From contig NW_021829887.1 in the NCBI RefSeq assembly GCF_006345805.1, positions 1 through 42,158 of the forward strand: 42,158 bases of DNA. Reading direction: 5' to 3'. The position numbers and the translations under genes are program-made. The stretch is from Octopus sinensis (taxonomy: Eukaryota). The notes below the pieces were generated by a model. That model worked only from the letters and a program-made list of their open reading frames with translations, had not been told where the DNA came from and made no database searches. Position 1 is the stretch's first letter, and every line of letters begins with the position of its first letter. This document shows, one piece after another, positions 13,078-25,348 of the stretch.

Positions 13078-13213
13078 TGTATGTATATAAACGACGGGCT
13101 TTCAGTTTCTGTCGACCAAATCCACTCACAAGGCTTCGACCAGCCTGAGGTTAACGCGGTGGAATTGAACCCGGAATCAAGCGGTTGTGAAGCAGGCTTC
13201 CTACCACATAGCC
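12732..13213 (-). mobile_element. Family B SINE with internal (CA)/(TATG) microsatellite
   Basis: CCAAATCCACTCACAAGGCTT and GCGGCCATGCTGG motifs; 28-bp tandem duplication at 12777-12832. Confidence 0.8.
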
Positions 13214-13486
13214 TTGCCTAGTCAGATTTTATTGGGAAGTTCCATTATGTTCTGAAATACTTATTCTACAAAACCCTCTGATTCTTGTCCACACCACTTT
13301 CCTCTGACATCGAAGCCATAGACTCGCCAAAAATCTTAATGCATTCTTTTACTTAAACATTCATATTGATGCCTTACATTATTTTTAGTGTTGCCCAACA
13401 AGCTCGTTCGTCAAAATGAAATATCTGTACTCTGCTTTCGTAGAATTTATATGGTTGTAATCATCTTAGAATGTCTTATATATTCA

Positions 13487-13688
13487 GCCTTTAGCATTTA
13501 AACTGGACATAACTGGCCCTAATATTCTCCTTGTAGTTCTGGTCTCTCATATTTTCTCTACAATGTAATTCTAGCACTAAACAATAACATCATCGAAATG
13601 TCGATGTTATGAGACAATGCATGATTAATTCAAGACAATATCAATAAAGAACCGTTATATTTGACAGTGTAATCTGAATGCTAAAGGG
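13487..13688. mobile_element. piggyBac-like MITE
   Basis: Termini (G/C)CCTTTAGCATT and AATGCTAAAGGG; TTAA at 13689-13692 and degenerate TTCA at 13483-13486. Confidence 0.65.
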
Positions 13689-13955
13689 TTAATTGACAAA
13701 ATTGGTAATAAATTTTAAGTAAATGTGAAACTGCATGTCGCCATCATATCACGGATTGATTTTTGTCTATAAACAAACGATTGCTTCAGTCTTAAAGACA
13801 AAAATCGGAAGTTATAAAGGTAAAGGCTTCAGTCTATTAGTTCAAATACATACATACATATGTGAATGTATGTGTGTGTGTCTGCGCGCGCGTGTATATA
13901 TATATATATATATATTGTGTGTGTGTGTTTGTGTGTAAATATATATAAATATGTA

Positions 13956-14038
<83 letters not shown>

Positions 14039-14176
14039 ATTATATATCTATCTATATATATATATTATATATATTAATAGATATATATATATATATATAT
14101 ATGAAACATAATATGAAATATATGTATATCTATATATATATATATGCATATATATATATATATATTGTATATATAT

Positions 14177-14216
<40 letters not shown>

Positions 14217-14394
14217 TATATATATATAATAATATATATATATATATATATATAGTATTATTATATTCAACAACAATTGAGGAACGGCCTCAAATAGGCT
14301 ATTCGACCCACTAGAAAGAGCAGCCAGGACTCAAACCGCCAAGTAATAGTAATTCAGAAATTAAAGGAAAATTAAAAAACATTTACCCTATTCA

Positions 14395-14504
14395 TCTTTA
14401 GACAATGCATTGTTTCGATGTGTTTAATGGCATACCAGCCTAATTAAATTAAATTAAACTTAATTAAGTCGATCTAACCAAAGGCCACATCTCATCGGTA
14501 AAGA
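14395..14504 (-). ncRNA. Type I hammerhead ribozyme motif (family 2)
   Basis: Minus strand: UCUUUA-CCGAUGA-GAUGUG..CACAUC-GAA-ACAAUGCAUUGU-C-UAAAGA. 6-bp helix I, G10.1-C11.1 helix II, palindromic helix III, GUC triplet; the only core deviation is C at position 4. Confidence 0.8.
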
Positions 14505-15036
14505 AGCCAGGAGAGACAGACATACACGAGGCAGTAGTATCTATGCTCCGGGAATGTCTGCCCTAAAATTTTCAAAAACTACCGTAATTGCGCCAAACTT
14601 ATCAGCAGCAAATATAAACTGCTGATTTAATTTCAGAATTAGTCAGTAAATCATCAATTAATCAGGGTAAATATTTTTTAAAATTTTCCTTGAATTTCTG
14701 AATTACTATTACTTGGTGGTTTGAGTCCTGGCTGCTCTTTCTAGTGGGTCGAATGGGCTATTTAAGGCCGTTCCTCAATTGTTGTTGAATTTATATATAT
14801 AGTCTGACTATTTTCTCTCTCTCACTAGACCGCTGATGGCGAAAAAATTTCTATTGAATTTTTTGCTACCCTATATTGATTAATTGATGATTTTCTGACT
14901 AATTCTGAAATTAAATCAGCAGTTTATATTTGCTGCTGATAAGTTTGGCGCAATTACGGTAGTTTTTGAAAATTTTAGGGCAGACATTCCCGGAGCATAG
15001 ATACTACTGCCTCGTGTATGTCTGTCTCTCCTGGCT

Positions 15037-15145
15037 TCTTTACCGATGAGATGTAGCCTTTGGTAGATCCACTTAATTAAGTTTAATTTAATTTAATTAG
15101 GCTGGTATGCCATTAAAAACATCGAAACAATGCATTGTCTAAAGA
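15037..15145 (+). ncRNA. Type I hammerhead ribozyme motif (family 2)
   Basis: TCTTTA 15037-42, CCGATGA 15043-49, GATGT 15050-54 pairing ACATC 15119-23, GAA 15124-26, ACAATGCATTGT 15127-38, C17 at 15139, TAAAGA 15140-45. Confidence 0.8.
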
Positions 15146-15367
15146 TGAATAGTTTAAATGTTTTTTTAATTTTCCTTTAATTTCTGAATTACTACTACTT
15201 GGTGGTTTGAGTCCTGGCTGCTCTTTCTAGTGGGTCGAATGGCCTATTTGAGGCCGTTCCTCAATTGTTGTTGAATTTATATATATAGTCTCTGACTATT
15301 TTCTCTCTCTCACTAGACCGCTGGTGGCGAAAAAATTTCTATTGAATTTTTTGCTACCCTATATTGA

Positions 15368-15400
<33 letters not shown>

Positions 15401-15433
15401 GATGATAGATAGATAGATAGATAGATAGATAGG

Positions 15434-15490
<57 letters not shown>

Positions 15491-15504
15491 TATATATAGA
15501 TAGA

Positions 15505-15587
<83 letters not shown>

Positions 15588-15974
15588 TAGATATATATAC
15601 ATACATACATGCATACATATATATTATATATGTGAATATATACTATACAAACACATACTCTTTCATTCTGATTGGATAAAATGCAACTTAGATCTGAAAT
15701 ACCGACCTGCAAACGATTCTGCTTATTCACCAATCTAATTCACCCTAACCCTAATTTTCCTACACAGGCACAGAGCAGCAATTTTTTTTTATATAGTTGT
15801 TGTTAACATATTTTGTCGATTCCTAAATGATAAGTGGCAATATATAAGAAGGTGGATTTTGAAAGCACAAGTTACCAGAAGAAACGGCGCAAGCTGTTAT
15901 GATCGACGCACTCACGATTCTGCCAGTCCGATGCTGGACAGCAACAACAGTAACAGCAATCACCGTAGTACTAA

Positions 15975-16002
15975 CACTAATAATAATGATCATGATGAAG
16001 AA

Positions 16003-16040
<38 letters not shown>

Positions 16041-16086
16041 GAATAATAATAATTATAATAATAATAATAATAAGAACAACAACAAC

Positions 16087-16127
<41 letters not shown>

Positions 16128-16182
16128 GAATAATAATAATAATAATATAATAATAATAATAATAATAACAACAACAACACAC

Positions 16183-16230
<48 letters not shown>

Positions 16231-16247
16231 TACAACAACAACACAAC

Positions 16248-16292
<45 letters not shown>
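15975..16292. repeat. (AAT)n/(AAC)n array
   Basis: Direct reading; source of the poly-N and poly-I ORFs. Confidence 0.95.
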
Positions 16293-16293
<1 letters not shown>

Positions 16294-16297
16294 TTAA

Positions 16298-16676
16298 CTC
16301 TTTACTTGTTTCAGTCATTTGGCTGCAACCATGCTGGAGCACCGCCTTTAGTCGAGCAAATCGACCCCAGGACTTGTTTGTAAGCCGAGTACTTATTCTA
16401 TCGGTCTCTTTTGCCGCACCGCTAAGTTACGGGGACGTACACACGCCAGCATCGGTTGTTGAGCGATGTTGGGGGGGGATAAACACAGACACACAAACAA
16501 ACACATATATATATGCATATACATATATACGACAGGCTTCTTTCAGTTTCTGTCCACCAAATCCACTCACAAGGATTTGGTCGGCCCAAGGTGATAGTAG
16601 AAGACACTTGCCCAAGGTGCCACGCATTGGGACTGAACCCGGAACCATGTGGTCAGAAAGCTAGCTACTCCTGTGC
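16298..16676 (-). mobile_element. Near-complete family B SINE
   Basis: Head (minus) GGTTCAGTCCCAATGCGTGGCACCTTGGGCAAGTGTCTTCTA, short internal TA/CA tract, full tail. Confidence 0.9.
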
Positions 16677-16700
16677 CTATTTAATAATAATAATGATGAT

Positions 16701-17113
16701 ATGATTCAGTGCGACCACAAGATAGAGAATAGGAGGCCGGACATAGTCTTATTTTGAGAAAGAAAACAAACTATGCTGGTTCATAGATATAGCATGCCCA
16801 GCTGACAAAAGGTATGCGATAAGGAAGAAGGTAAAGTCGAGACATATGACAGGTTATCTTGCGAAGTTAAGCAATTGTGGTCGTTGAAAACGGTAGCAGT
16901 AGTATCAATAATTCTTGGAGCTCTAGGAACAGTGAGAAGTACGTGGAAAAATAGGAGCTGCAATAAGGGTGGAGCAGTTGAGAAAACAGCACTACTTGGA
17001 TCCGCTCCTATACTCCGGAAGGTGCTCGAAAATTAAGAGTTGTTACCTTAGTTCACTGGTAGTGAACAGCTGACAATGTATTACATCTCCAGCGTTAGAA
17101 GCTGTGCAAAGGC

Positions 17114-17148
<35 letters not shown>
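16701..17148 (+). mobile_element. 5'-truncated R4/Dong-type non-LTR retrotransposon 3' end (restriction-like endonuclease remnant)
   Basis: Across frameshifts: IQCDHKIENRRPDIVL, LCWFIDIACP, EVKQLWSLKTVAVVSIILGALGTV, KTALLGSAPILRKVLEN* (stop 17034-36); 77-bp 3' UTR; (AAT)n on both sides. Confidence 0.85.
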
Positions 17149-17151
<3 letters not shown>

Positions 17152-17902
17152 TATGATGACAATGAGTATGGCGATGAGGGCGACGACGAATATATTTGTA
17201 TATATATATATATACCTATATATATACCTATATATATATACCTATATATATACCTATATATATATATATCCTATATATGTATACATATATATATAATGGT
17301 CGTGATATTTTCCATTTACCACGCAAATGTTGAATATAGAGGAAATTTGCAAAAGTGGTTACATAAAGTTGTGGTGGTTCTGGTGGTGCTGGGAATGGTG
17401 GTGGAGGGGCAGTGGGGGGGTGGTGGGGGTGAGTTTATATAAACATCGAATCATAGCAAAAAAAAAATCGAAGTCATTGAAATGTGTACACAGTATATAA
17501 ATTAGTGATGACGTTGCACTTCACTTGTTACAGAACGAGTTATACCTTCTCTTCCTCCTCTTTCTTTTCGACTATCATCATCATCATCATCATCCTCCAC
17601 CTCATCATCATCATTATCATCATCATCATCATCATCATCATTATCAACATCATCATTATCATCATCACCATCGTCATTTTCATCTAACACCCTCATCAAA
17701 GACTTCAAGGAATAAGATGCGACAATTGATCGGTAATTGTAGATATACGAATAGCCAGTGTCGCAACATTAATACGTATACATATATGGATATACATGTA
17801 CATATGTGTATGTATATATATATATATATATACATATAACTATATATATAGATATACCTATATATGTACATATATACATACGTATATACATATATATATA
17901 CG

Positions 17903-17949
<47 letters not shown>

Positions 17950-18513
17950 TTATATATATATATACACCTATATATATATATATAGATAGATAGATAGATA
18001 GATATACCTATATATATATATACAATATATATATAGATATACCTATATATGTATACATATATATATATATATACATACATATATACATACATATATATAT
18101 GTATATATATATATACATACATTCGTATATGTACACATATATAATGTGATAATGTGTTTGCTGTGCGACTTAACACCATGTAATAAAACTGTCTTGTCTG
18201 AAATATGTATGAACACAGCCACTATTTGAATGGTAAGTTCTTTGCAACGGTTATTTGTACTATTTGTACTATTTGTACTGTGATACGTATAATTTAGAAT
18301 AAATCGATACAGGTATGTATGTATGTTTGTACGTATGAATGTATGTATGTTTGTATGTAAGTATGTATGTTTGCATGTATGTACGTATGTATGTATCTAT
18401 CTATCTATTCATATACCGGAGTGAACACATAAATGTGAAACAAGGTGGAAAAAAGAGTACTCAAATACCAGTGGTAGAGTAATATGCTTTATTTAAAGCA
18501 GCAGAAAATTCAA

Positions 18514-18563
18514 CAAAACCTGTTACTCTGAGTTTCCCGTTGCCGTTCATCGGACGGTTTTTG
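18514..18563 (-). ncRNA. Minimal type I hammerhead motif (family 3), partly degenerate, in a Penelope-like pLTR relic (about 18411-18600)
   Basis: Minus strand: AAAACCGU-CCGAUGA-ACG GCAA CGG-GAA-ACUC a GAGU-A-ACAGGUUUU; GUA triplet; AAUAAA about 20 nt downstream. Confidence 0.6.
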
Positions 18564-18747
18564 CTAGAATTCCAATATTTTTCACAATACAAACTACCAT
18601 AAATCGGAAGAAATTAAGATATGTTGTGCATACATACAAACATATCTGCATTTATATGTCTCTCCGTATATATGTGTGTGTTTGTCTGTGTCTATCCCTT
18701 GTTTCCATGTCTGTCTTTCTCGCCCTCTCTGTGTGTCTCTCTTTCTC

Positions 18748-18784
<37 letters not shown>

Positions 18785-18941
18785 ACACACATATATATGT
18801 ACATATGTAAGTATATCTATATACATATACAGATAAGATATACATACATGCATATATATATATATACATACACACACATATATGTGTATAATACACATAC
18901 ATATATATATATATATTTATATGTACATATATATATACATG

Positions 18942-18990
<49 letters not shown>

Positions 18991-19082
18991 TATATATGTG
19001 CGTGTGTGGGTATGTGTATGTATGCATATATATTCTCTTAGACAAGTCACTCTGGAGTCTCATGTCCGATATATATATATAT

Positions 19083-19115
<33 letters not shown>

Positions 19116-19214
19116 GTATGTATATATATACTTATATATATATTCATATATATATTTATATATATACATATATATATATACATACATAATATATATGTAT
19201 ATATATATACATAC

Positions 19215-19261
<47 letters not shown>

Positions 19262-19739
19262 GGTGTGTGTGTGTGTGTGTGTGTGAGTGTGTGTGTGTGT
19301 GTGTGTATGTGGTGTGTGTGTTTGTGTGTGTATATCGGACTCCTGGGGGACTTCTCAAGGGGAATTGCCGTTAAGAGCGGAAAATCCAACGATGCGGTCA
19401 GTGTCATTCTTTAAGGAAAATTTATAGAGACAGAAATTAATGAGAGACGACATTTGCTCTCTCTCTCTCTCTCTCTCATTACTTTCTTGCCTTTCAATTT
19501 TTTCTTGATGAAGGACATTGTCCGAAACGGATTTTCCCTCTTACAATAACATCACTACACTTTTTTATCGATGTTCGTATATACACAAGCGAGCGCTCGC
19601 GCGCGCGCATGCATAACGTCGCACGCGCAAGCATTCACACATACATATACACATATACGTGTGTGTATGTGTCAGTATATGTATGTTGGTGCAAACACTC
19701 ATATATTTGTATATAAATATATACGCAGGAATGGCTCTT

Positions 19740-19829
19740 TTGTACCTTGGGCAACTGAAAAAAGCCTGTCGTATATGTATGTAAGTATATATATATATAT
19801 GGATATATATATTTATATATATACACACA

Positions 19830-19864
<35 letters not shown>

Positions 19865-20188
19865 GTATATATATATGCATATATATACATATATATATAT
19901 GTATGCATTCACACACACACACACATATATACTTATATATATATATTTATTTATATATATTGATATACATATTTTTTATACGTATGTGTCTGTGTTTGTC
20001 CAGTCCCACCATCATTTGACAGCCGATTTTGGTGTGTTTACGTTCTAGTTATCTAGCGTTTCGGCACAAGAGCCCGATAAAAGTACTAGGCTCACAAAGA
20101 ATAAGCCTTTGTGTCGATTTGTTCGACTAAAATCGGTGCTTCAGCATGGCCGCAGTCAAACGTCTGAGACAAATAAAAGAATAAGAGA
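19740..20188 (+). mobile_element. Family B SINE with deleted head and long internal TA/TATG tract
   Basis: CCTTGGGCAACTGAAAAAAGCCTGTCG; tail GGTGCTTCAGCATGGCCGCAGTCAAA. Confidence 0.7.
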
Positions 20189-20609
20189 ATATATATATGT
20201 ATATATATACATATACATATATATACACATATATATGGATATATGTATAGATACGACATACATGCATACATACGTCTGTGTATGTGTGTGTGTGTGTATG
20301 TATTAACCCTTTGAATTCATAGTCCTAATAATGCGAGTTCGTATTTTGTCCCATTAAATCGTAGAAGTTACGACTTTAGTATTTTTGATATGACTTCTGT
20401 AGACTCCAATGCCTTTTGATCCCTACTAGTCTCATCAATGTTCTGTGCACGACAATTCAGTATGAGTAACTGAGAATAGATCCAGGAAAACTTCTAAATA
20501 GATTTTCTCGCTACATTTTCATTTGAATCAGTTTTGTCGGTTTTCCTTTTCAAGTATGCATTTAAAAAATTAGTGAATACCACATCTTTTGCATAATGAA
20601 ATATTATGA

Positions 20610-20824
20610 GTCGGCGAGCTGGCAGAAACGTTACTGCGCCGGGCGAAATGCTTAGCAGTTTTTCGTCTGTCTTTACGTTCTGAGTTCAAATTCCACCGAG
20701 GTCGATGTTGCCTTTTATCATTTCGGGGTCGATAAATTAAGTACCAGTTGCTTACTGAGTTCGATCTAATCGACTGGTCCCCTCTCCAAAATTTTTCGGC
20801 TTTGAGCCAAAAGTAGAAAAGATT
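20610..20824 (+). mobile_element. Family A SINE monomer (short tail type)
   Basis: Full head; GATAAATTAAGTACCAG..GATCTAATCGACTGG tail. Confidence 0.9.
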
Positions 20825-20843
20825 ATAAAATATTTACTTTCTT

Positions 20844-21152
20844 CTCGGGCCGACCAAAGCCTTGTGAGTGGATTTGGTAAACGGAAACTGAAAGAAGCCC
20901 GTCGTATATATGTATATATATGTGTGTGTGTGTTGTGAATATATTTGTGTGTCTGTGTTTGCCCCCCCCCCAACATCGCTCGACATCCGATGCTGGTGTG
21001 TTTATGTCCCCGTAACTTAGCGGTTCGGCAAAAGAGACCTATAGAATAAGTACTAGGCTTACAAAAAATAAGTCCTGCGGTCGATTTGCTCGACTAAAGG
21101 CGGTGCTCCAGCATGGCCACAGTCACATGATTGAAACAAGTAAAAGATTAAA
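20844..21152 (+). mobile_element. 5'-truncated family B SINE
   Basis: CTCGGGCCGACCAAAGCCTTGTGAGTGGATTTGG through GAAACAAGTAAAAGA. Confidence 0.9.
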
Positions 21153-21279
21153 GGGAAAGAGAGAGAGAGAAAGAGTATATAACGTGTACGTATTGTACGA
21201 TTTTTATTCTGCCGCAAAAAGAATAACGGTTTTTAATATGAAACAAGAGCAACAACTCAGAGTGAGAAAATTGATTGAC

Positions 21280-21436
21280 CATATTCGATCTCAGTCCTTA
21301 ACCTGTTCGTATTTTATCGACTCTGATTGTATGTAAATCGATGTCAATCTCGACAACATTTTAACCTAGAATATAGAGAGCCGGAAAAAATGCTCCTAAG
21401 TACTTTTGTCCGACGGGCTAACGTTTCTGCCACAGG
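21280..21436 (-). mobile_element. Degenerate family A SINE
   Basis: GCTAACGTTTCTGCCA head and TTTTATCGAC body remnants. Confidence 0.5.
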
Positions 21437-21559
21437 CTTAAAGCAAAACGAATATTTGAATATTACACGAAGTAAACCGCCCTAAATAGAGAGAAAATAT
21501 CGGACGTTTTAACAAAAATGACATATCTAATTTAAATAAATTTAAGTTTTAAAACAATA

Positions 21560-22926
21560 AGAAAAAAACGGTGAGAGAGCTTGACAGAGCGGTAGACTTA
21601 TTGACAGGGAAGGAGGCCGACAAATAATCAAGGAAAGAAAGAGAGAAAGGAGGAGAGAGAGTGAAGGAGAAATGCTGAAAGAGAGAGAATGAAAGCAATG
21701 GCGATCATTTCGTCAGTCTCATTGAAGTGAATTATGATGAGTTCGTTAAACCATCCATTTGTTTGGAAGTTTAGGGAAAATGGAGACGGTGTTGCGTGAT
21801 TTATAGAACAGCCGTTATATTGTTGGATTATGAGTGTGTGGATAACGAGGGGAAGAGAAAGAGGGGACAGTGGAAGAGAGACGAAAAGAAATATAAAGAA
21901 ATATTGCAAATAAAGTTTTTAAAAATAATAAAATGAAAAACGTATAAGATGAACAAAAAATGGAGAAAAAATGAAGGTAAAAAGAGATTGTATTAAAAAA
22001 AGATTGGGATATCGCCATAAAAAAATTATACAAAAAGAGAAGAGAAGCAGAAAAAGGAAGTGAATGAGAATGAAATATCGAATCACAGAAGAAAGGATGA
22101 AGTATTGAATGAAAGGAAGAAGGGGGAATAGGAAAGAAAGCACGAATGGAATAAAACTGGAAAGGAATATATGAGAAAATGAAATTAATAAGTGGTGGTG
22201 TTGAAGAAGGAAACGGAGAAATTTAGGAGAGGAGTGGGTGTAAAAATGAAAGAGTAAAATGAAAAGAATAAGAGGAGAATGATTGAAAGAGAAAGTGCAA
22301 GGAAAGAGAAAAGCTGATGCAGACGGAAAATGTAAATAGGTATGGTTTATAGAGAGAAAAAAATGAACGAAAATTGAGAGAGATGTTATGATATGTGCAG
22401 AAAATATGTTGAGACAATTCAAAAAATATAAAACGTGAAAGAAAATGTATTTTAATAGACGAGAGTATAAAGAAAAAATAGTGAGTCTCACGTTAATGTT
22501 TAAAATAATTGAAGTTAGAATTTCTTGCTTCTTAATCAATGGAAGAATAATAAGGAGTGAAAAGAAGAAACTTGAGCGAAATTCTTCAGGTTGATAAAAA
22601 GATCAAAATAGAAAAATATGAACAAATGTTTGAAGGAGATTTCTTAGTGAATGAGAGAGAATGGAAATATGTGTTTAAAAACCGAAATAAATAAATGGAC
22701 GTATATAATAAAATGATATATATGTATACATATATGTGTGTGTGCGTGCGTGTGTCTATGTGTGTGTGCGTAAGCATACGAATGAAAAGTAAAATATTTG
22801 AAAAGGGTGAAATATATAAAGAAAATAAATACAAAGAATTGTCACGAAAATAGAAAAGAAACCAGATGAATGATAGTCATAAATTATAAACAAGGAAAGA
22901 TGGTAACGACTGAATGTATTATTGAA

Positions 22927-23014
<88 letters not shown>

Positions 23015-23182
23015 AGAAAGAAAGAAAGAAAGAAAGAAAGAAGGAGTGAATGAATGAAAGTTAGAAATTAAGAATTTGCGATTGTTTTAAAGTGTAAAAC
23101 ATGAAACAAACGGAAGAATAAATGAGTTAATCAAGGAAATTATAAAAAATGGACGAGAGAAGTGAGAGGAAATTGTACTAAC

Positions 23183-23235
<53 letters not shown>

Positions 23236-23340
23236 GAAATGGAGAAAGGGAGAGAAGGAGAGAAGGAGGCGAGAAAAAGCAACTAAAAGAAGAATAAAGA
23301 AAAATAGTCACAACGAAAATAAGAGATGAAAAAGTATAAA
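21560..23340 (+). repeat. Purine-rich low-complexity tract including (GATA)n and (GA)n
   Basis: Strong A/G bias on the plus strand, mostly without a fixed period. Confidence 0.85.
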
Positions 23341-23569
23341 GATCGACAGCACAGCACCGCCAACACTAACAACAATAACGTCTGAATTGACAGAAGATAT
23401 TTTCAAAATGGAAGCAATTGTAAATGAAGCAGTCGGAAGTGGACGCAAGGGATGCTGGGAAACTGTGAAGAGTGATGAGATTGTAGAGACTTTATTATCA
23501 TTGCTGATTCTTTTCTTTATTTCTTTCATTTCTTTCTTTTTTTTTAATACGATGTTCTGTTCCTTTCAG

Positions 23570-23652
23570 CAAATGTTGAACTGAATTGTGGACAGATGGT
23601 TGACAGAGATCGATCGGTCTGCACCGTTGTCGGTCACTAAATGCAAAATTGG
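23570..23652 (+). other. Candidate spliced exon (83 nt; non-coding or 5' UTR plus start codon)
   Basis: About 70-nt polypyrimidine tract ending CCTTTCAG; donor TGG|GTATGT; stops in all three frames; terminal ATG CAA AAT TGG. Confidence 0.4.
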
Positions 23653-23790
23653 GTATGTGTTTACTTGTTTATTTATTTATTTGGATTTGGGCGCTTGATT
23701 GTTTTAGCTAGATTAGACATATTTGGTATGACTGAAATGAAATATGTGTTTTCATGTATGTATATGTAAGTACGAATATAGTATAATATA

Positions 23791-23834
<44 letters not shown>

Positions 23835-23845
23835 GTATATGCATG

Positions 23846-23901
<56 letters not shown>

Positions 23902-24191
23902 CATACATACATATATATATAGCGCCTATTAATAATAATATACTGTAATTGTTCCTTGTTGTTGTTTTTTTGTTTCCCGTTTGGATTAAATATATATATA
24001 TATAATCTGAACGAAGATTATAACTATGAAATCGGGCCAGTGACACTCTAAGTTTCATGTCTTGCATGATTTCACTCTATATCTATTCCGATCTTGCACA
24101 CTATATTTACGCATACGTACATGGAGTTATACATACAACGTCCATACATGTGTGTGTATTATATATGTATGTATATATACATGTATGTATG

Positions 24192-24230
<39 letters not shown>

Positions 24231-24272
24231 TGCATATAGTGTGTGTATGTATATATGTTTGTATGTATGTAT

Positions 24273-24343
<71 letters not shown>

Positions 24344-24833
24344 CGGAATTTTCTCCGCTCAATTCTCACTTGTATCGAATCGTATATATTTTGAAATATT
24401 TGCATCAGGTTTTTTCATACTTAGAAATGCTTTAACTGAGGAAAGTTTACCTAATGGATGTGTTTCCTGTTATATACTATGCAAACCTGAAACGTACATA
24501 TGGAATGACTTCAAAATAACTAGCCACAAGAGCTCCATCTTAATGAGCTGACAAGGGAATCACGCTCCATACAGTCGCAGATACAGCAATATCACCGAGG
24601 ATTTCGAATTTTGATGCGCCAAGAGTTAAACTCACCTCTCCTGTTCAACTTGATAACGTGCTGTTTTCACAAACGATAGAAGTAAAAACTATAAACAATA
24701 CGGTTGGAGCAATGCCGGTACCACCTTGTACCCTCTGTCACTCGAGTGACGTCGATAAATTTAAATTGAGGTTTTTAAATTGCTAATAAGCCATACATAT
24801 TATATATATATATATGTATGTATGTATGTATTA

Positions 24834-24868
<35 letters not shown>

Positions 24869-24980
24869 TGTATGTATGTATGTATGTATGTATGTATGTA
24901 TGTATATGATTGTTGAAGAGGACAACAAACGTTAAGGCATCTCAAGTTGTTTACAATATTTTTATTGGAAAAAATTCAAA

Positions 24981-25039
24981 GTCTTACAGCTGTTTCTTGG
25001 CGGGTATCACCGAGTATGGGATATTCCGTCATCAGAGAC
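24981..25039 (-). ncRNA. Type I hammerhead motif (family 4), canonical core with 4-nt insertion before G12
   Basis: Minus strand: GUCU-CUGAUGA-CGGAAUAUC..GAUACCCG-(CCAA)-GAA-ACAGCUGU-A-AGAC; palindromic helix III; AAUAAA at 24961-24966 downstream. Confidence 0.75.
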
Positions 25040-25348
25040 AAATAAAGAAAATAAGGAGATGGAAAGAAAGAAGAAAAAAGAAGCATAAATGTTCATAGTT
25101 CATCTTTCCGATGTTATAGCAAAAAGAGTACAAGTCCTTACTTGCAATCCTGCAAAGAGTCATGTGGGTTAAAATCCTGATATAGTAGACATCCAGAGAA
25201 AAAAAAGAGCCCGAACATATCAACGTTCAATAACTTATATGCTTCCTTTTTCTTCTTTCTTTCTATCTCCTTATTCTTTTATTCCCGTCCTCTATGTCAC
25301 CATCTCATTAATATGTGCCATTGTCATTTTCCTTATTTTTCACTATTT

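Larger units (their letters stand above)
14265..15373. mobile_element. Non-coding Penelope-like/retrozyme-like element: 400-bp inverted arms plus about 222-bp direct repeats, (TA)n flanks
   Basis: Arms 14265-14664 and 14877-15276 are reverse complements (over 90% by eye); direct repeats 14664-14885 and 15150-15373 (period 486-488 bp); one hammerhead per arm. Confidence 0.85.

Noticed and set aside
14718-14728. B-box-like GGTTTGAGTCC in the ribozyme element as a Pol III promoter
   Set aside because: No A box at a suitable distance; a single short motif is insufficient.
15743-15754. CCCTAACCCTAA as an interstitial telomere
   Set aside because: Only two units; expected by chance.
17390-17428. 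G-rich run as a G-quadruplex element
   Set aside because: Irregular runs with one long loop inside GGT-type simple sequence; no supporting context.
20303-24629. TTAACCCTTT at 20303 and AAGAGTTAA at 24621-24629 as ends of one piggyBac element
   Set aside because: The termini do not match beyond a few bases and there is no transposase between them.
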